Positions 10,058 to 21,000 of a stretch of 64,000 nucleotides of DNA are shown here, one piece after another. Within the stretch, counting starts at the first letter, position 1, and each line of letters starts with the position of its first letter. Location: IMG/VR virus record IMGVR_UViG_3300025000_000007, positions 1-64,000 of that record. One strand, written 5' to 3'. The stretch is from a virus. Position numbers and translations under genes: made by a program. Under the pieces are notes generated by a model that saw only the letters and a program-made list of their open reading frames with translations, made no database searches and was not told where the DNA came from.

Positions 10058-10387
10058 ACGAATGAACACTGAAGAAACTGAACTAAACAGAATTCAAAAT
10101 AAAATGAGAACACTCTTTCAGGAAGTTGTAAAAGATAATCCAACCGACAACCATTTCACGACAATCGCAAGGGCTTGCTCGATTGTCGGAATTTCAATAG
10201 ACGAACAAAAGGAGATTGAGAAAGATGTTATCAGGGGAACGGAACGATGACTGGAGTATATGATCTTATAGAAGATATTAAAGATTTTCACATGAACCCA
10301 TATACCAGATTCACACTGGAAGAAACCGAACGAAAAGAACGCAAAATGAAGGAAATGAAATAATATAACTCACGGAGGAATAAAACT

Positions 10388-10600
10388 ATGGCACTTTACA
10401 GAAAGAAAACACTGACCCCAATTGAGCCTTATATGCCAGGAATGGAAGATGGATTCATGGATGGAGAACCGTATATTGCAACGAATCTGGGAAACATGCG
10501 AATACTCCAGACTGATATGATCGCAACCGGAGTAACAGGCGAACGATGGCCGATTAGATACGAAATATTCTTAGAATCTTACGAGCTAGCAGAGGAATAA
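10388..10600 (+). CDS. PGDYG-like phage protein
   Basis: YRKK...I.T..G.M.....D.I.TG..GE.WP....F...Y pattern; GGAGG RBS. Confidence 0.6.
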   Translation: MALYRKKTLTPIEPYMPGMEDGFMDGEPYIATNLGNMRILQTDMIATGVTGERWPIRYEIFLESYELAEE

Positions 10601-10659
10601 ACGGGAATCGAGAACGACTAGCCCTAAAATGTGCCCGAACTGTAAGACAACATATTGGA

Positions 10660-10965
10660 ATGAACAGAAGACGGAGAAGAACGACAATGATTAAAGAACA
10701 ATTCCAAAAACTGAAATCAAAAATCATCACAATGAAAACACCTGCAAACGAAAAAATGTTAAAGAAGATGTTTATTGCTTCTGGTTTTGTCTACATCGGA
10801 ATTACCACCTCTTTGATATTCATCCTAAATGGAGTGAATATCCTGATTCGGTCTGGAGTGCCTGAAAAAACAATTATTCAAGGATTTGGTGTTTTGTTTG
10901 TATTATGTGGTTTCGTATGCGCTAAGAATATTATTCCGGCTACAAGGAAATTGATGTCTAATTGA
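10660..10965 (+). CDS. Small membrane protein
   Basis: Two hydrophobic segments. Confidence 0.5.
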   Translation: MNRRRRRTTMIKEQFQKLKSKIITMKTPANEKMLKKMFIASGFVYIGITTSLIFILNGVNILIRSGVPEKTIIQGFGVLFVLCGFVCAKNIIPATRKLMSN

Positions 10966-10986
10966 GGTTATCAGGAGGAAGAAAAC

Positions 10987-11271
10987 GTGACTGGTATATC
11001 ACTAACAACGATAGCAATCATAATTTTAATCCTTGCTCAAGGTTTGGAATCTCTTATGAGATTGATATTTTGGGCGAAAGGCAAATCCACAAAACATAAT
11101 TTGTTTTCTGTTATTTCCCCTTTAATTACTGTCTACATACTGTATGGATTGATTATCACTGCAAGCGAAGCTGCTGTTAAAACTTATGTTTACATTGAAG
11201 GTGGGATGTTTGTACTTTTGTGTGTCCTTTCTATTCTTGCTGCTGGGATTATAGCATCAGAAAATAAGTGA
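10987..11271 (+). CDS. Small 3-TM membrane protein
   Basis: Three hydrophobic segments; GGAGG RBS. Confidence 0.55.
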   Translation: MTGISLTTIAIIILILAQGLESLMRLIFWAKGKSTKHNLFSVISPLITVYILYGLIITASEAAVKTYVYIEGGMFVLLCVLSILAAGIIASENK

Positions 11272-11671
11272 GGTAGAAATACAATGTCTTACGATGAATC
11301 AGAAGCTCTAAGCGATTTTATAGAATATGGATGGCTCGATGTTGACAAAGAAAATATAGTTTCCTGTTGGGCAGATGGGAAGACCTACAAGGCAAAGATA
11401 ACTTTTGAAGAAGTTGTTGAGGATTAAAATATGGGACTTGAAATAGCAAAAGATAAACCACTTGGTACTGAATTTAAAACATCTGAACTGTATGACGATA
11501 ATGAATTAATGATAAATGTACTTGGAGAAAAGTGCAGACTTGTTAAGATTACATTTTCATTCGTGGGAGACACAGATATGTTGATGGACGTTGGATTGTG
11601 TGCTAAAGGTTTCAACGAGGAAGATTACATCTAAATCCTGGGATATACTGTTTTATCATTAGTTAAATGGA

Positions 11672-12169
11672 GTGTTTGTGATGGACGATAAATATATTAG
11701 AATGGTTCTTGCCCTACCGGATGAATTCTTCGATGGATGGGAATTAGAAGACGGTGATCAGATATACCTTTGTAGAGACATAGATGATTACTCATGTTCT
11801 GAACAACACGGACTGTATACAATATTTGATAACCTGTTGGCTAACAATGGCATTACATATACTGAAAACTGGCATTATGCTACATGGATGATGTTAGATG
11901 GATTAATACGTCCGATCCCTTCACAGAAACAACTTCAAACTACAATTAAACAACACTGGATAAAAGCAGATGATACAGTAAAAGATTATGACGTTTTGGT
12001 CTTTTTTCAAGATTGGTTTCGGGCGCGTTATGTGTCTAATTGCACATACTGTATCCGATATAAAGAAATTGAAAATGAATCAATTGATTGTATCTGGCTG
12101 AGATACACAATGCATGTTATTTGTAACAAAACATGGAACGGCGAAAGGTGGGTACTAAACGAGGATTGA
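11672..12169 (+). CDS. Hypothetical viral protein
   Basis: 165-aa ORF in a co-oriented gene run. Confidence 0.5.
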   Translation: MFVMDDKYIRMVLALPDEFFDGWELEDGDQIYLCRDIDDYSCSEQHGLYTIFDNLLANNGITYTENWHYATWMMLDGLIRPIPSQKQLQTTIKQHWIKADDTVKDYDVLVFFQDWFRARYVSNCTYCIRYKEIENESIDCIWLRYTMHVICNKTWNGERWVLNED

Positions 12170-12171
12170 AC

Positions 12172-12498
12172 ATGAGAGAAATAAAATTCAGAATGCAAGA
12201 CGCATTGGGAAATTGGGTATATGTTACCATTTGGAATGTATACCCCATAAAAATGGAGTATTATAATAATTTATGCCAGTACACAGGACTTCGCGATAAA
12301 AATGGAACTGAAATCTATGAAGGAGATATTGTAATAAAACATGGCACTGATTACGATCCTAATACGTGGGGCGGAGAAAATAGAGTCGTTGTATATGTTG
12401 ATGGGACTTGGTATCCCGTAGCCAAATGCTATTTTGATGTGAGTCTAATTGAGGTTATCGGGAATGTCTATGAAAATCCTGAATTATTGGAGGATTAA
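12172..12498 (+). CDS. YopX family phage protein
   Basis: MREIKFR...QYTGLRDKNGTEIYEGDIV...EVIGNVYENPELL signature. Confidence 0.9.
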   Translation: MREIKFRMQDALGNWVYVTIWNVYPIKMEYYNNLCQYTGLRDKNGTEIYEGDIVIKHGTDYDPNTWGGENRVVVYVDGTWYPVAKCYFDVSLIEVIGNVYENPELLED

Positions 12499-13358
12499 AA
12501 ACATGAGACTACGAACAAACGCAAAACTACAGAATTTTATGGAACATCAATCCAAAAAAATAGAGCAGACCATTCAGGACATGAATGAATTTCGATTGAA
12601 TACGATGAGGATGGAAATTAGAGAGCATTCTGGCAGACAAAATGCATGAGGGGAACATGAACCCGAATATTCAGATGCTTTCCTGGCAGGCTCAATATAG
12701 AGCCGCTTGGATGGCCTGGTTTCAATTATGTGAGGATGAAATGTGAGTCAAAGACGTACGCGAGAGATGCCATTATATCGAGAATGGCTTGAAAAAATAA
12801 GAGAGGTGCTTAAGAAATATGGAACTAATAGATGAATAATCCCGCCATCTACGGGCTGCAAGATGACGGGATCAACACACCAACGTGATATAAAAGTGAA
12901 TATAATATAAATAAGTTCGTTTAATGAGGTAAACAATGTTTGCAGAGATATTTTCACAAATCCAAACAACTTCTTATAATCCCTTTTGTAACGAGTGTAG
13001 GTTCTTGAGCATAACTGAAAAAGAGCAGGACAAATTAAAAGAAAAGCCGGATCATATATGTGAGAAGTACGATGTTAAATTAGTTCATTTACAGTTTCAT
13101 CCTAAAATATTGAAATGTCATGAATGTTTGGATCATACTACGGATATTCACTTTTAATTTACTTTCTTTTTTTTAAAAACGTGATCGGCTAATTTTTGCT
13201 ATGTGTTTTGTATTGTTTCTTGTTTGTTTAGGGTAGACTATTGGTATTGAAAAGTGTATTCTCTGAATTCCCATACTATTTTTATGTTATGAGTTATATA
13301 CATCAGCACTGTATAGTACAGTATAACTTTATATATTATAAGACACTTAGTACTTAAT

Positions 13359-13505
13359 ATGGTAAGAAACGGAGATGAAACTTCTATACCTCTCAAGAAG
13401 TCCACGAGAGAACGACTTGGGACTTTTGGGAATAAGAATGAATCATGGGACAGACTGTTGAACAGGTTAATGGATTGGATAGAAAATGATAAGGAGTTGA
13501 AATAA
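13359..13505 (+). CDS. Small ribbon-helix-helix protein (not in ORF track)
   Basis: MVRNGDETSIPLKKSTRERLGTFGNKNESWDRLLNRLMDWIENDKELK, about 25 nt after a TTTATATA box. Confidence 0.7.
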   Translation: MVRNGDETSIPLKKSTRERLGTFGNKNESWDRLLNRLMDWIENDKELK

Positions 13506-13951
13506 AATGGTATCCCCCTCCCCGTATTGTAAACATGGTAGAATAAAAACCAAAGTATGTTTAAAAGGAAAAAAGAGATGCGATGCACAGAGATGTATTT
13601 ATTATGAATTGAATGCGAAGGCAAAGAGGGAAAGCGAATCACGATTAAGATTATCGTAAAATGGGAGTGAAAACAATGTATGAAAAGAAACTCAGGGTAA
13701 CATGCGCAGACGCTCACGGTATTAATACAGATATCATATCAAAAGCAATTTCAATTGAAAACTTCCTGCTTGCATCTGGTGAAATTCCTCAGGGATATAC
13801 AAGAATGGATCTTCTCTGGCTTGCCGTTGATATGAGAAAAATTGAGATTCTTGCGGATATTGAAGAAGATCTAAGCGTAATTCGAGAATCTCTTAGAACT
13901 GTAGAGTTTGGAGATATTGAATATAATGATCCATAAGAGAGATGAATTAAA

Positions 13952-14230
13952 ATGAACAACAAATACAGAAACATAACACTTAACCAACTAGATTTAATGA
14001 AACATGCTGTTGGTCTTGACCAAGTAGGCGCAAAACCTAAGCGCGGAACATACACAGCATATAGAAATTACTTTTGCACTTATGGGAAGGATGAAGATTG
14101 GGAATCCCTGGTGGGGTTAGGAGTCGCCATATCTCATATCGGAGATCCGTCTGTATATTACCATGTATCAAAAGATGGGTTGCAGATGATGGAAGGCGTG
14201 TTAGGGTTTAAGATTGTGGAAGGGAATTAA
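13952..14230 (+). CDS. Phage-type hypothetical protein
   Basis: MKHAVGLD...YRNYF...W..LV..G.A pattern typical of small phage proteins. Confidence 0.5.
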   Translation: MNNKYRNITLNQLDLMKHAVGLDQVGAKPKRGTYTAYRNYFCTYGKDEDWESLVGLGVAISHIGDPSVYYHVSKDGLQMMEGVLGFKIVEGN

Positions 14231-14251
14231 AAAATAAAAGAGTGATGAACT

Positions 14252-14983
14252 ATGAAAGTAATATATGAACCAAAAGGAAAAGCTAAAGAATACGCTGACC
14301 TAGCTGTAAATCTGTATAACGGTTGTTCTCATGGCTGTGAATACTGCTATGCTCCTGCTGTCATGCACAAGACTAAAGAAGATTTTTTTAAGATACCATC
14401 ACCAAGAAAGAACATTATCGAACTGTTAAAAAAAGACATAACTGAAATGGTTGTGAATTGCGACGAAAGAGAAGTGCTTATGTGTTTCTCTTGTGATCCG
14501 TATCAACCAATCGACACTGAATACAAACTAACACGGGAAGCGGTCAGGCTATTTTCAGAGCATGATATCAATTTTGCCATACTCACAAAGGGCGGTAAAC
14601 GCTCAGAAAGAGATTTTGATATCATGGAATGGAGTTCTGACCTTTGCAGATATGGAGCTACCCTGGTATTCTGCAATGACGATCACTCAAAAAAATATGA
14701 ACCATTCGCGGCTCCAACTTCGGAAAGGATAGAGAGCTTAAGGAAAGCTCATGAGATGGGTATCAGGACATGGGTGAGCTTAGAACCTGCTTGGAGTTAT
14801 GCAGATGTATCAGACTTGATTCAGAGGACTTCCGGATATGTGGATGAGTATAAGATAGGAAAGCTGAATTATCATGCTCATGCAAAAGAAATTGATTGGA
14901 AAGTGTTTAAGGAAGAGGTCGTTTATTTGTGTGATGGATTGGGAGTTAATTATACTTTGAAAAATGATTTAGCAATTCTTTAA
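14252..14983 (+). CDS. Radical SAM protein (SPL/DUF5131-like)
   Basis: GCSHGCEYCYA CxxxCxxC motif; DPYQ, LTK and WVSLEP motifs. Confidence 0.85.
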   Translation: MKVIYEPKGKAKEYADLAVNLYNGCSHGCEYCYAPAVMHKTKEDFFKIPSPRKNIIELLKKDITEMVVNCDEREVLMCFSCDPYQPIDTEYKLTREAVRLFSEHDINFAILTKGGKRSERDFDIMEWSSDLCRYGATLVFCNDDHSKKYEPFAAPTSERIESLRKAHEMGIRTWVSLEPAWSYADVSDLIQRTSGYVDEYKIGKLNYHAHAKEIDWKVFKEEVVYLCDGLGVNYTLKNDLAIL

Positions 14984-15109
14984 TTTACTTTTCTCCCTCT
15001 TTTGTCTTCACAACCTGAACTATTCTCTTTTAATTCACTCTTTTTTAGTTGAATCTTGGATGAAAGTTGGATGTTTGTTTACTTTACTTCGGAAGCGTTA
15101 ACAATTCTC

Positions 15110-15460
15110 TAACTTAAATACAACAATATAATATTATATTATTGGTATATTAATGTATATTTTATTGTTCAATTTAATAAAACTCATTAGATTAATATTG
15201 GTTTGGTATAGCAATGTTTGTATTAAACAATTGTTTATTTTACGATATTAATATTATGTTTAATAATTAAAGTAATATTATTTATTTACTGTAGATATCG
15301 TTAATAAATTACGATATTTTTATTAAAGTCGTTGGATTATTAGTTATCGAGTAAATTAATATGTCTTTTTTTACTTGTTATAATTTGCACATATTTGCAC
15401 CAGAAACTATTTATCCTAATATTGCCATTAATATTAGTAGTAATATTGTTAATAATTGGT
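15110..15460. other. Extremely AT-rich non-coding tract
   Basis: Runs of TAATATT/ATTAAT with very few G/C, upstream of the AbrB-recombinase pair. Confidence 0.6.
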
Positions 15461-15466
15461 GATTTT

Positions 15467-15628
15467 ATGGCAGCAAATCAGGTAACTATCCAACGTACTA
15501 ACACAGGACAATTAACCATTACAATCCCTATAGCCATTGCTGGCTCGAAGGGGTGGGGAAAAGGCACGAAATTAGAATTTGTAGATGATAGATATGGAGA
15601 AACTGTCCTGAAGGAAGTGAAAGAATGA
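15467..15628 (+). CDS. AbrB/MazE/SpoVT family DNA-binding protein
   Basis: GQLTITIPIAIA...GWGKGTKLEF motif; stop overlaps the recombinase start (ATGA). Confidence 0.75.
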   Translation: MAANQVTIQRTNTGQLTITIPIAIAGSKGWGKGTKLEFVDDRYGETVLKEVKE

Positions 15629-16158
15629 CCGTCAGAGTATATAGGAGGGTGTCAACAAATCTTCAGGATTTTGAAGAACAGAACCGAGGAATTGAAAGAT
15701 ACCTACAAAATAACGGGATAAGCTCATATGTAAATTATGAAGAACCTGGGATAACCGGGACCATAGCTGAACGTCCTGTATATCAAAAATTGCTTTCTGA
15801 GGTAGTCAGTGGAGATATTGTATTAGTTTATGAATACTCAAGGATGTGGAGGGATCTTGAAGAACAGGCTAAAATTATAAAGCGTTTTATGTCGATTGGG
15901 GTAATTTTAATATCTGCGGTAGAGGGTCCGGTAAAAACCATAGACGATGTTTTGAAGTTGAATATACTAGGGTCCGTTAATCAACACGAGGCTGAAAGAT
16001 TCCGCAGGCGTTCTATGGAGGGTATTAAAGCACTACAGGAGAAAGTCTCGAAGGGTGAAGCTATTTGGAACGGTAGGGGGAAGGATAAGACCCCGAGGAA
16101 AACGGATGGATATTTTAGAAGATGGGCTAACAATCGTATAGGGGTCGCACATGAATAA
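15625..16158 (+). CDS. Small serine recombinase (resolvase/invertase family)
   Basis: YRRVST catalytic motif, TG...ERP, GD.VLV...SR.WR and the E helix; no clear C-terminal HTH. Confidence 0.9.
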   Translation: MTVRVYRRVSTNLQDFEEQNRGIERYLQNNGISSYVNYEEPGITGTIAERPVYQKLLSEVVSGDIVLVYEYSRMWRDLEEQAKIIKRFMSIGVILISAVEGPVKTIDDVLKLNILGSVNQHEAERFRRRSMEGIKALQEKVSKGEAIWNGRGKDKTPRKTDGYFRRWANNRIGVAHE

Positions 16159-16679
16159 CATCCTCGTAAAATGTTTCAACTGCTCAAACCGCTCACCCTG
16201 CTGGCACATCAAAGATGATCTTCCCCCCGGCAGAGATCCAAAACAATTCAAACTTAAAAAACTCAGCCTGCTTAAATTCTTTGTAAAACGTGTGTTAGAT
16301 GGTTCTTATGGTACTATATTCTCATATGAGTATATTTGTATCCGATCCATAATTGACATGCTGAATCCGGATCTAAGTAAGGAATTGAGCCATATATATA
16401 CAAATCAATGCATAGGTATGATTGAATCTATGGTAAATGCTCAAAATAATGGATGGAGCTGTCCAGGTGATGACCCCGAAGCAGGAGAGGATTTTAAGCT
16501 TAATCTAAGCCCCGCTACACCAAAAATAAAAACTGGTTAATGTGTTTGTACCTCTGAAAGATCAACCGTACAAACCGCATTAAAAGCCACGGTTCTTTTT
16601 TTCACATGACACCACCCGCATAACCGAGGAGGATAATCTGAATCCTCCTGGTAGCGTGGGCAAGTGCCACAAATCAGAC

Positions 16680-17633
16680 TCATGGGGTATTAACGACTAT
16701 CATTATTTTATCAGTGTCTGCAATTCCTGTGGCATCCTCGATATAAGTTATTACTCCGGTTGCCACCGTTATATCAATCCCTACCGCATCATCTCCTGTG
16801 TTAAAAGATCTTCTCTTTCTGGGTGTCAGACAGTTATATATTTCTGATCCTGTAGTAAGATCAAAAATACTTAGAATCTGTTCTACTGTTACCGTATCAT
16901 ACGGACTTGATAAAGTGATTGTCTTTTCCGATGCGTCCAGAGAATAATACGCTGCTGGGATTACTTTTTCCGCGCCTACAGATGTCCCTATTGAGATTGC
17001 CCCAATCAATCCGTTAGTTGCATCGAATTCTCCTGCTACCGTGTCGGTAACTGCCTGTATCGCGGTTATTCCATCCTGAGCTGTCCCTAATGCAATCGCA
17101 GTTGCTCCAAGATCAGCGGTTGCCTGGATGGATTCTAATGTTTCAGTTGTCCAGGTTGCACCTTTGATTTCCGTGAATGCCGAATCCATTTCGGTTTTTG
17201 TGGGTGCATCGTAGTCAGTTAGTGCGGTATCACATTCCGCATTTATTGCTGCAAGTGTCAGGAGATCGGTGATTGCCTTCACGTCCGTGAGATCATTTAC
17301 AACAGCGGCGCCGTCTGTACCTTCCCATACTGCGGTTGCTATCAGTGATGGAGGAGGGACAACGTCTATTAGGAGATCGGCGGTCCCTTCTGTGGCGGTG
17401 ACTGAAATAGAAATAGTATTATATGGATTTACTGCAAGTGTATCGGGGACTGTCAAGAGAAAGTCCCGCATATCAGAATCATAAGCTGATATCGTTGGAG
17501 TTGAGAGCGTTGTTTTCTCCCCCCCGTTGACTCGATATTTCACGACGGGATCTGTGAGGGTTGTTACCTCTGCCCCGAGATTGTCATATGCTCTGAATGT
17601 GTGTATTTTAGATGTGCCTACAATTTGATCCAT
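16680..17633 (-). CDS. Putative virion/fibre-associated protein
   Basis: Thr/Ala/Asp-rich; its C-terminal domain resembles the N-terminus of 18097-21123. Confidence 0.5.
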   Translation of the reverse strand: MDQIVGTSKIHTFRAYDNLGAEVTTLTDPVVKYRVNGGEKTTLSTPTISAYDSDMRDFLLTVPDTLAVNPYNTISISVTATEGTADLLIDVVPPPSLIATAVWEGTDGAAVVNDLTDVKAITDLLTLAAINAECDTALTDYDAPTKTEMDSAFTEIKGATWTTETLESIQATADLGATAIALGTAQDGITAIQAVTDTVAGEFDATNGLIGAISIGTSVGAEKVIPAAYYSLDASEKTITLSSPYDTVTVEQILSIFDLTTGSEIYNCLTPRKRRSFNTGDDAVGIDITVATGVITYIEDATGIADTDKIMIVVNTP

Positions 17634-17705
17634 TTTAGTGCCCCGTTATTATTTTGCAAGAATGATATTTTAAATTTCATTTAGTCGCTCCTTGTTTTTA
17701 TAAGA

Positions 17706-18095
17706 TCATTTCTCAAGAATTACAGTTTTTTCAAGTGCGATCTTGATATCACTTACTTTTGCTTCAAGTCCACCTGCTGAATAATCCTCAATAACAGGAA
17801 TCCAGCCAGCTTTAACATCTCCTGCCCCTGCTCTTGCTTCGGCTTTTGGTAATGCCTGAGTATACGCCTGAGAAACCAGGAGTTCAATGTTTTCAACAGA
17901 TGGCTCCATTTCGGCAGGGATTTCAATGTATTCGATAAATTCAGGCAGTTGATAAGCTCCTGCTACTGTAGAATCTTTTGGAATTCCTGTTTCATCTGTG
18001 AGGGGATTTGTGGAGTCCTCAAACGGGACTCTTAGCCTGCGTTCTCCGTCTATGACAGTGGGTTTTCCTTTCAAAATTAAATTTGGGGTTGCCAT
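17706..18095 (-). CDS. Hypothetical protein (possible fibre chaperone)
   Basis: 129-aa ORF immediately downstream of the fibre-like gene. Confidence 0.45.
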   Translation of the reverse strand: MATPNLILKGKPTVIDGERRLRVPFEDSTNPLTDETGIPKDSTVAGAYQLPEFIEYIEIPAEMEPSVENIELLVSQAYTQALPKAEARAGAGDVKAGWIPVIEDYSAGGLEAKVSDIKIALEKTVILEK

Positions 18096-18096
18096 T

Positions 18097-21000
18097 TTAG
18101 ATCACCATAGTATAATTTTTCAAAAATTGCGTTATTGAACCGTTTATGGATGCCTCTAAACAGTCCGGTATCAAATCAGAATCAGTATCTAGTGCCAAAT
18201 CTGCAAATGAAATCTGACCGTGATAGATCGAGCCTTCGCCCGGATAGAGATTAAGCTCGTGAATTGTTCCGGTTTCGTCTCTTTTGAATGAAAGTGCCTG
18301 CGGTCGATGAGTATGCAGATAAAAATCAATTATTGATGTTGAGGGATCATAGAGAGCTAACCAAGGTTTTGTGAGGTTTTGCAAGCCGTAAGATGTGTTT
18401 GTGGAGTCGGTGAATTCATGGGTTGTGCTGCCCATGTTTTCCACGCTGTGTAGATTGTCAGCTATGAACTCGAGGCGGGCGCCGATATACCGAGCGGAAG
18501 CCGACGGAGCGTTATACGCACCCCGGCAGCCGGGCCCAGCACGCGGCCCATGATCCCAGCTGCCGCCGAACCGCATGATTGAAGGGTTGTAGCGAGGGTA
18601 GTAGAAATAATCACATAGATACGTCGAGCTTGATCCAGCATTAGCAGACGGAATAAATGACAATGCTCCAAGCTCTTCGGATTGTATCCCATTTATGTAT
18701 CCATCTTCTGAAACCGGCACAGTTCCTGCCCCCGTTTCATATGATCCTTCTGCAAGTGTAGCGGATGGAGTGCCAGTTCCATCTCTTTTCAGGATTGTAT
18801 AAGAGCCATCACTTAAATTCAGATTCAATCCGGCGATAAACTCCCAGCAGTTTCCGTATATGTTTTCTATCCCTCTCCAGCAAACCGGGGTTTGCCCATT
18901 TGTGCCTGAGCCGGTCCCGGTTCCATTTGTGCCAAGACGAGAATCAATTGAATCTGCCCCGGTTGTTTTCCCGGCATATCCTGTGCCAGATGCGAGATCA
19001 ACGATCCCCATTCCCAACGCCGTCTGTGTGTCAAATGTGCCAGTTTCGCAGAAAATTAATGCCTGAATAGCAGAGTATCCCCATACATCAGTAATCCCCC
19101 AACCAGTGCCGTTATTTTTTGCGTATGTTTCAGCATCATCAAGAGTCAGTCTGCCAGAGTTTGGCAAGTTTGGATAGGCTACTGAGCCTGTACATGGCAC
19201 TTTTCCAGTTGCAGATTTAAGTTTGAATACCCCACTTTCAATTTCTCCAGATGCTTCTTTTGCGCCGATGTATACAAAATCTCTGTCAGTTCCACCCCTC
19301 TGAACAAACCACGGGTGTAGTGTGAATCCAGTGTGAGGATAGGGAGAAAACCAGTATCTGTAATATGGTGCGGAGTATTCGTATTTATAATAAAATTTCG
19401 GGCGTTCAACCATTAAATTCCCAGACGCACCGGATAAATCAAGCCCATCACCGCGCGCGTTACTTCCATATAATATTTTGTCTCCTGATATAACACATCT
19501 CCTCTGACCTGAAAAAATTGGGTTTGTATCGAAATTGTAACTTGTTACTGTGTTTCCGTCAACGTCTATTCTGCGCAGTGTTGGCGATTCGTTGGATGAA
19601 TCCCGTTCAAATCCGATTATATTTGATTGATCTGTAGACTGATTTAGTGAAATTTGTGAGCCTGTCTCACCGATGTATCGGATTACAGTTTTAAACCGAC
19701 ACTGACTGAACAATCCTGATGCAGGAGGCAAATCAACTCTCAATCCTATTCTCTTTGATGTACCTTTATTTCCACTGTAAGTTATATTCCCTGAACTTCC
19801 ATCTTTTGTTTCTCCTGAAGAACCCTTTGGAAAAACTGCTCTGCCTGCTCCTGCTCCGTAAACATCATCAAATTTCGTACCATCTGCGGCAGTGAAGTTG
19901 GCTGATGTTTGAGCTACCTGAGCGTAGGCTGCATCAAGAGAATGAGTAGATGCTAATTGATATGCTGTGCCGTTGTGTGTGTAAAGTGCTAGAGAGGTTG
20001 CTGAAAGATTATCTGGGACTTGTACCTCGACATATGCTGATTTTGCAACGTTTGTATATATATTGCTAATACTATATGTGTTTGCGGATTCGCTGCCAAC
20101 GTCGCCTATACCAATCCATATACGCGAAATCGCAGTAAATAAAAATCCGGCGTCTAATCGGGAGGGGTTTTGTCCAGACGTTGCCACTGGGGCGTGTATT
20201 GGAAGTACAAAACGTGTAAGAGTATTTGCCGATACTGGAAAACGCGAGCCTGTATAGCTCATGATAGGATAAGATGATCCAGTATATGATTCCAATCGAA
20301 GATATAACGTGCATGACTGTGAACATACGATATCAAAACTAACAAATGTGGGGGATGATAAATTAATATTCAATGCTTTTGTTATTGAATGAATTCCTGT
20401 AGATTTTGCATTGCCTGAAAAAATTAAACGGCCATCTGTAGATGAAATTGTGCCAGTTCCGTCAAACGCACTCCAGCCGGTAATAATACTAGAATCTATA
20501 GCCACCGATGGATTATTATCACCATCGTTCCGCGCCGTAAACTCCTGAGTAATCGTATGTGCAGCAGTATCAACAGCCAAATATCCAAGCTCTTTTAATT
20601 TCCCGGCTGTCAACGTTTTTGTACTATTTTGTCCTGTGATATCTGTAAGATAAACACCATCCGTAGACGTATAAAGAGTTCCGGGCAAATAATCAGGAGA
20701 TTCAGACCCTTTTAATCCACCAAAATCAGCAGTTAACCTGTTTGTGTTTGCAACATATTCATTATAAGAAGGAAGTATAGCCGCGTTTTCAGTCGGAAGA
20801 ACGAGAACTTTCCCGGTAGTTTCAAGAGTAATCACACCATCGGTTGCTTCCAGAAGTTCAAGAGAGCCGGGGATAGGAGTTCTCAAAACAATCTGTAATT
20901 TATCATTTGCCAACCCGTCCGAAGGATACGAATGAGTAATACATCCGTTTTCCATCACAAGGGGATACTTAGGATTATCAGCATTATAAAATTCCATATC

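Noticed and set aside
15625-16158. IS607 transposase or large serine integrase
   Set aside because: No N-terminal HTH, no adjacent TnpB, and too short for recombinase/zinc-ribbon domains.
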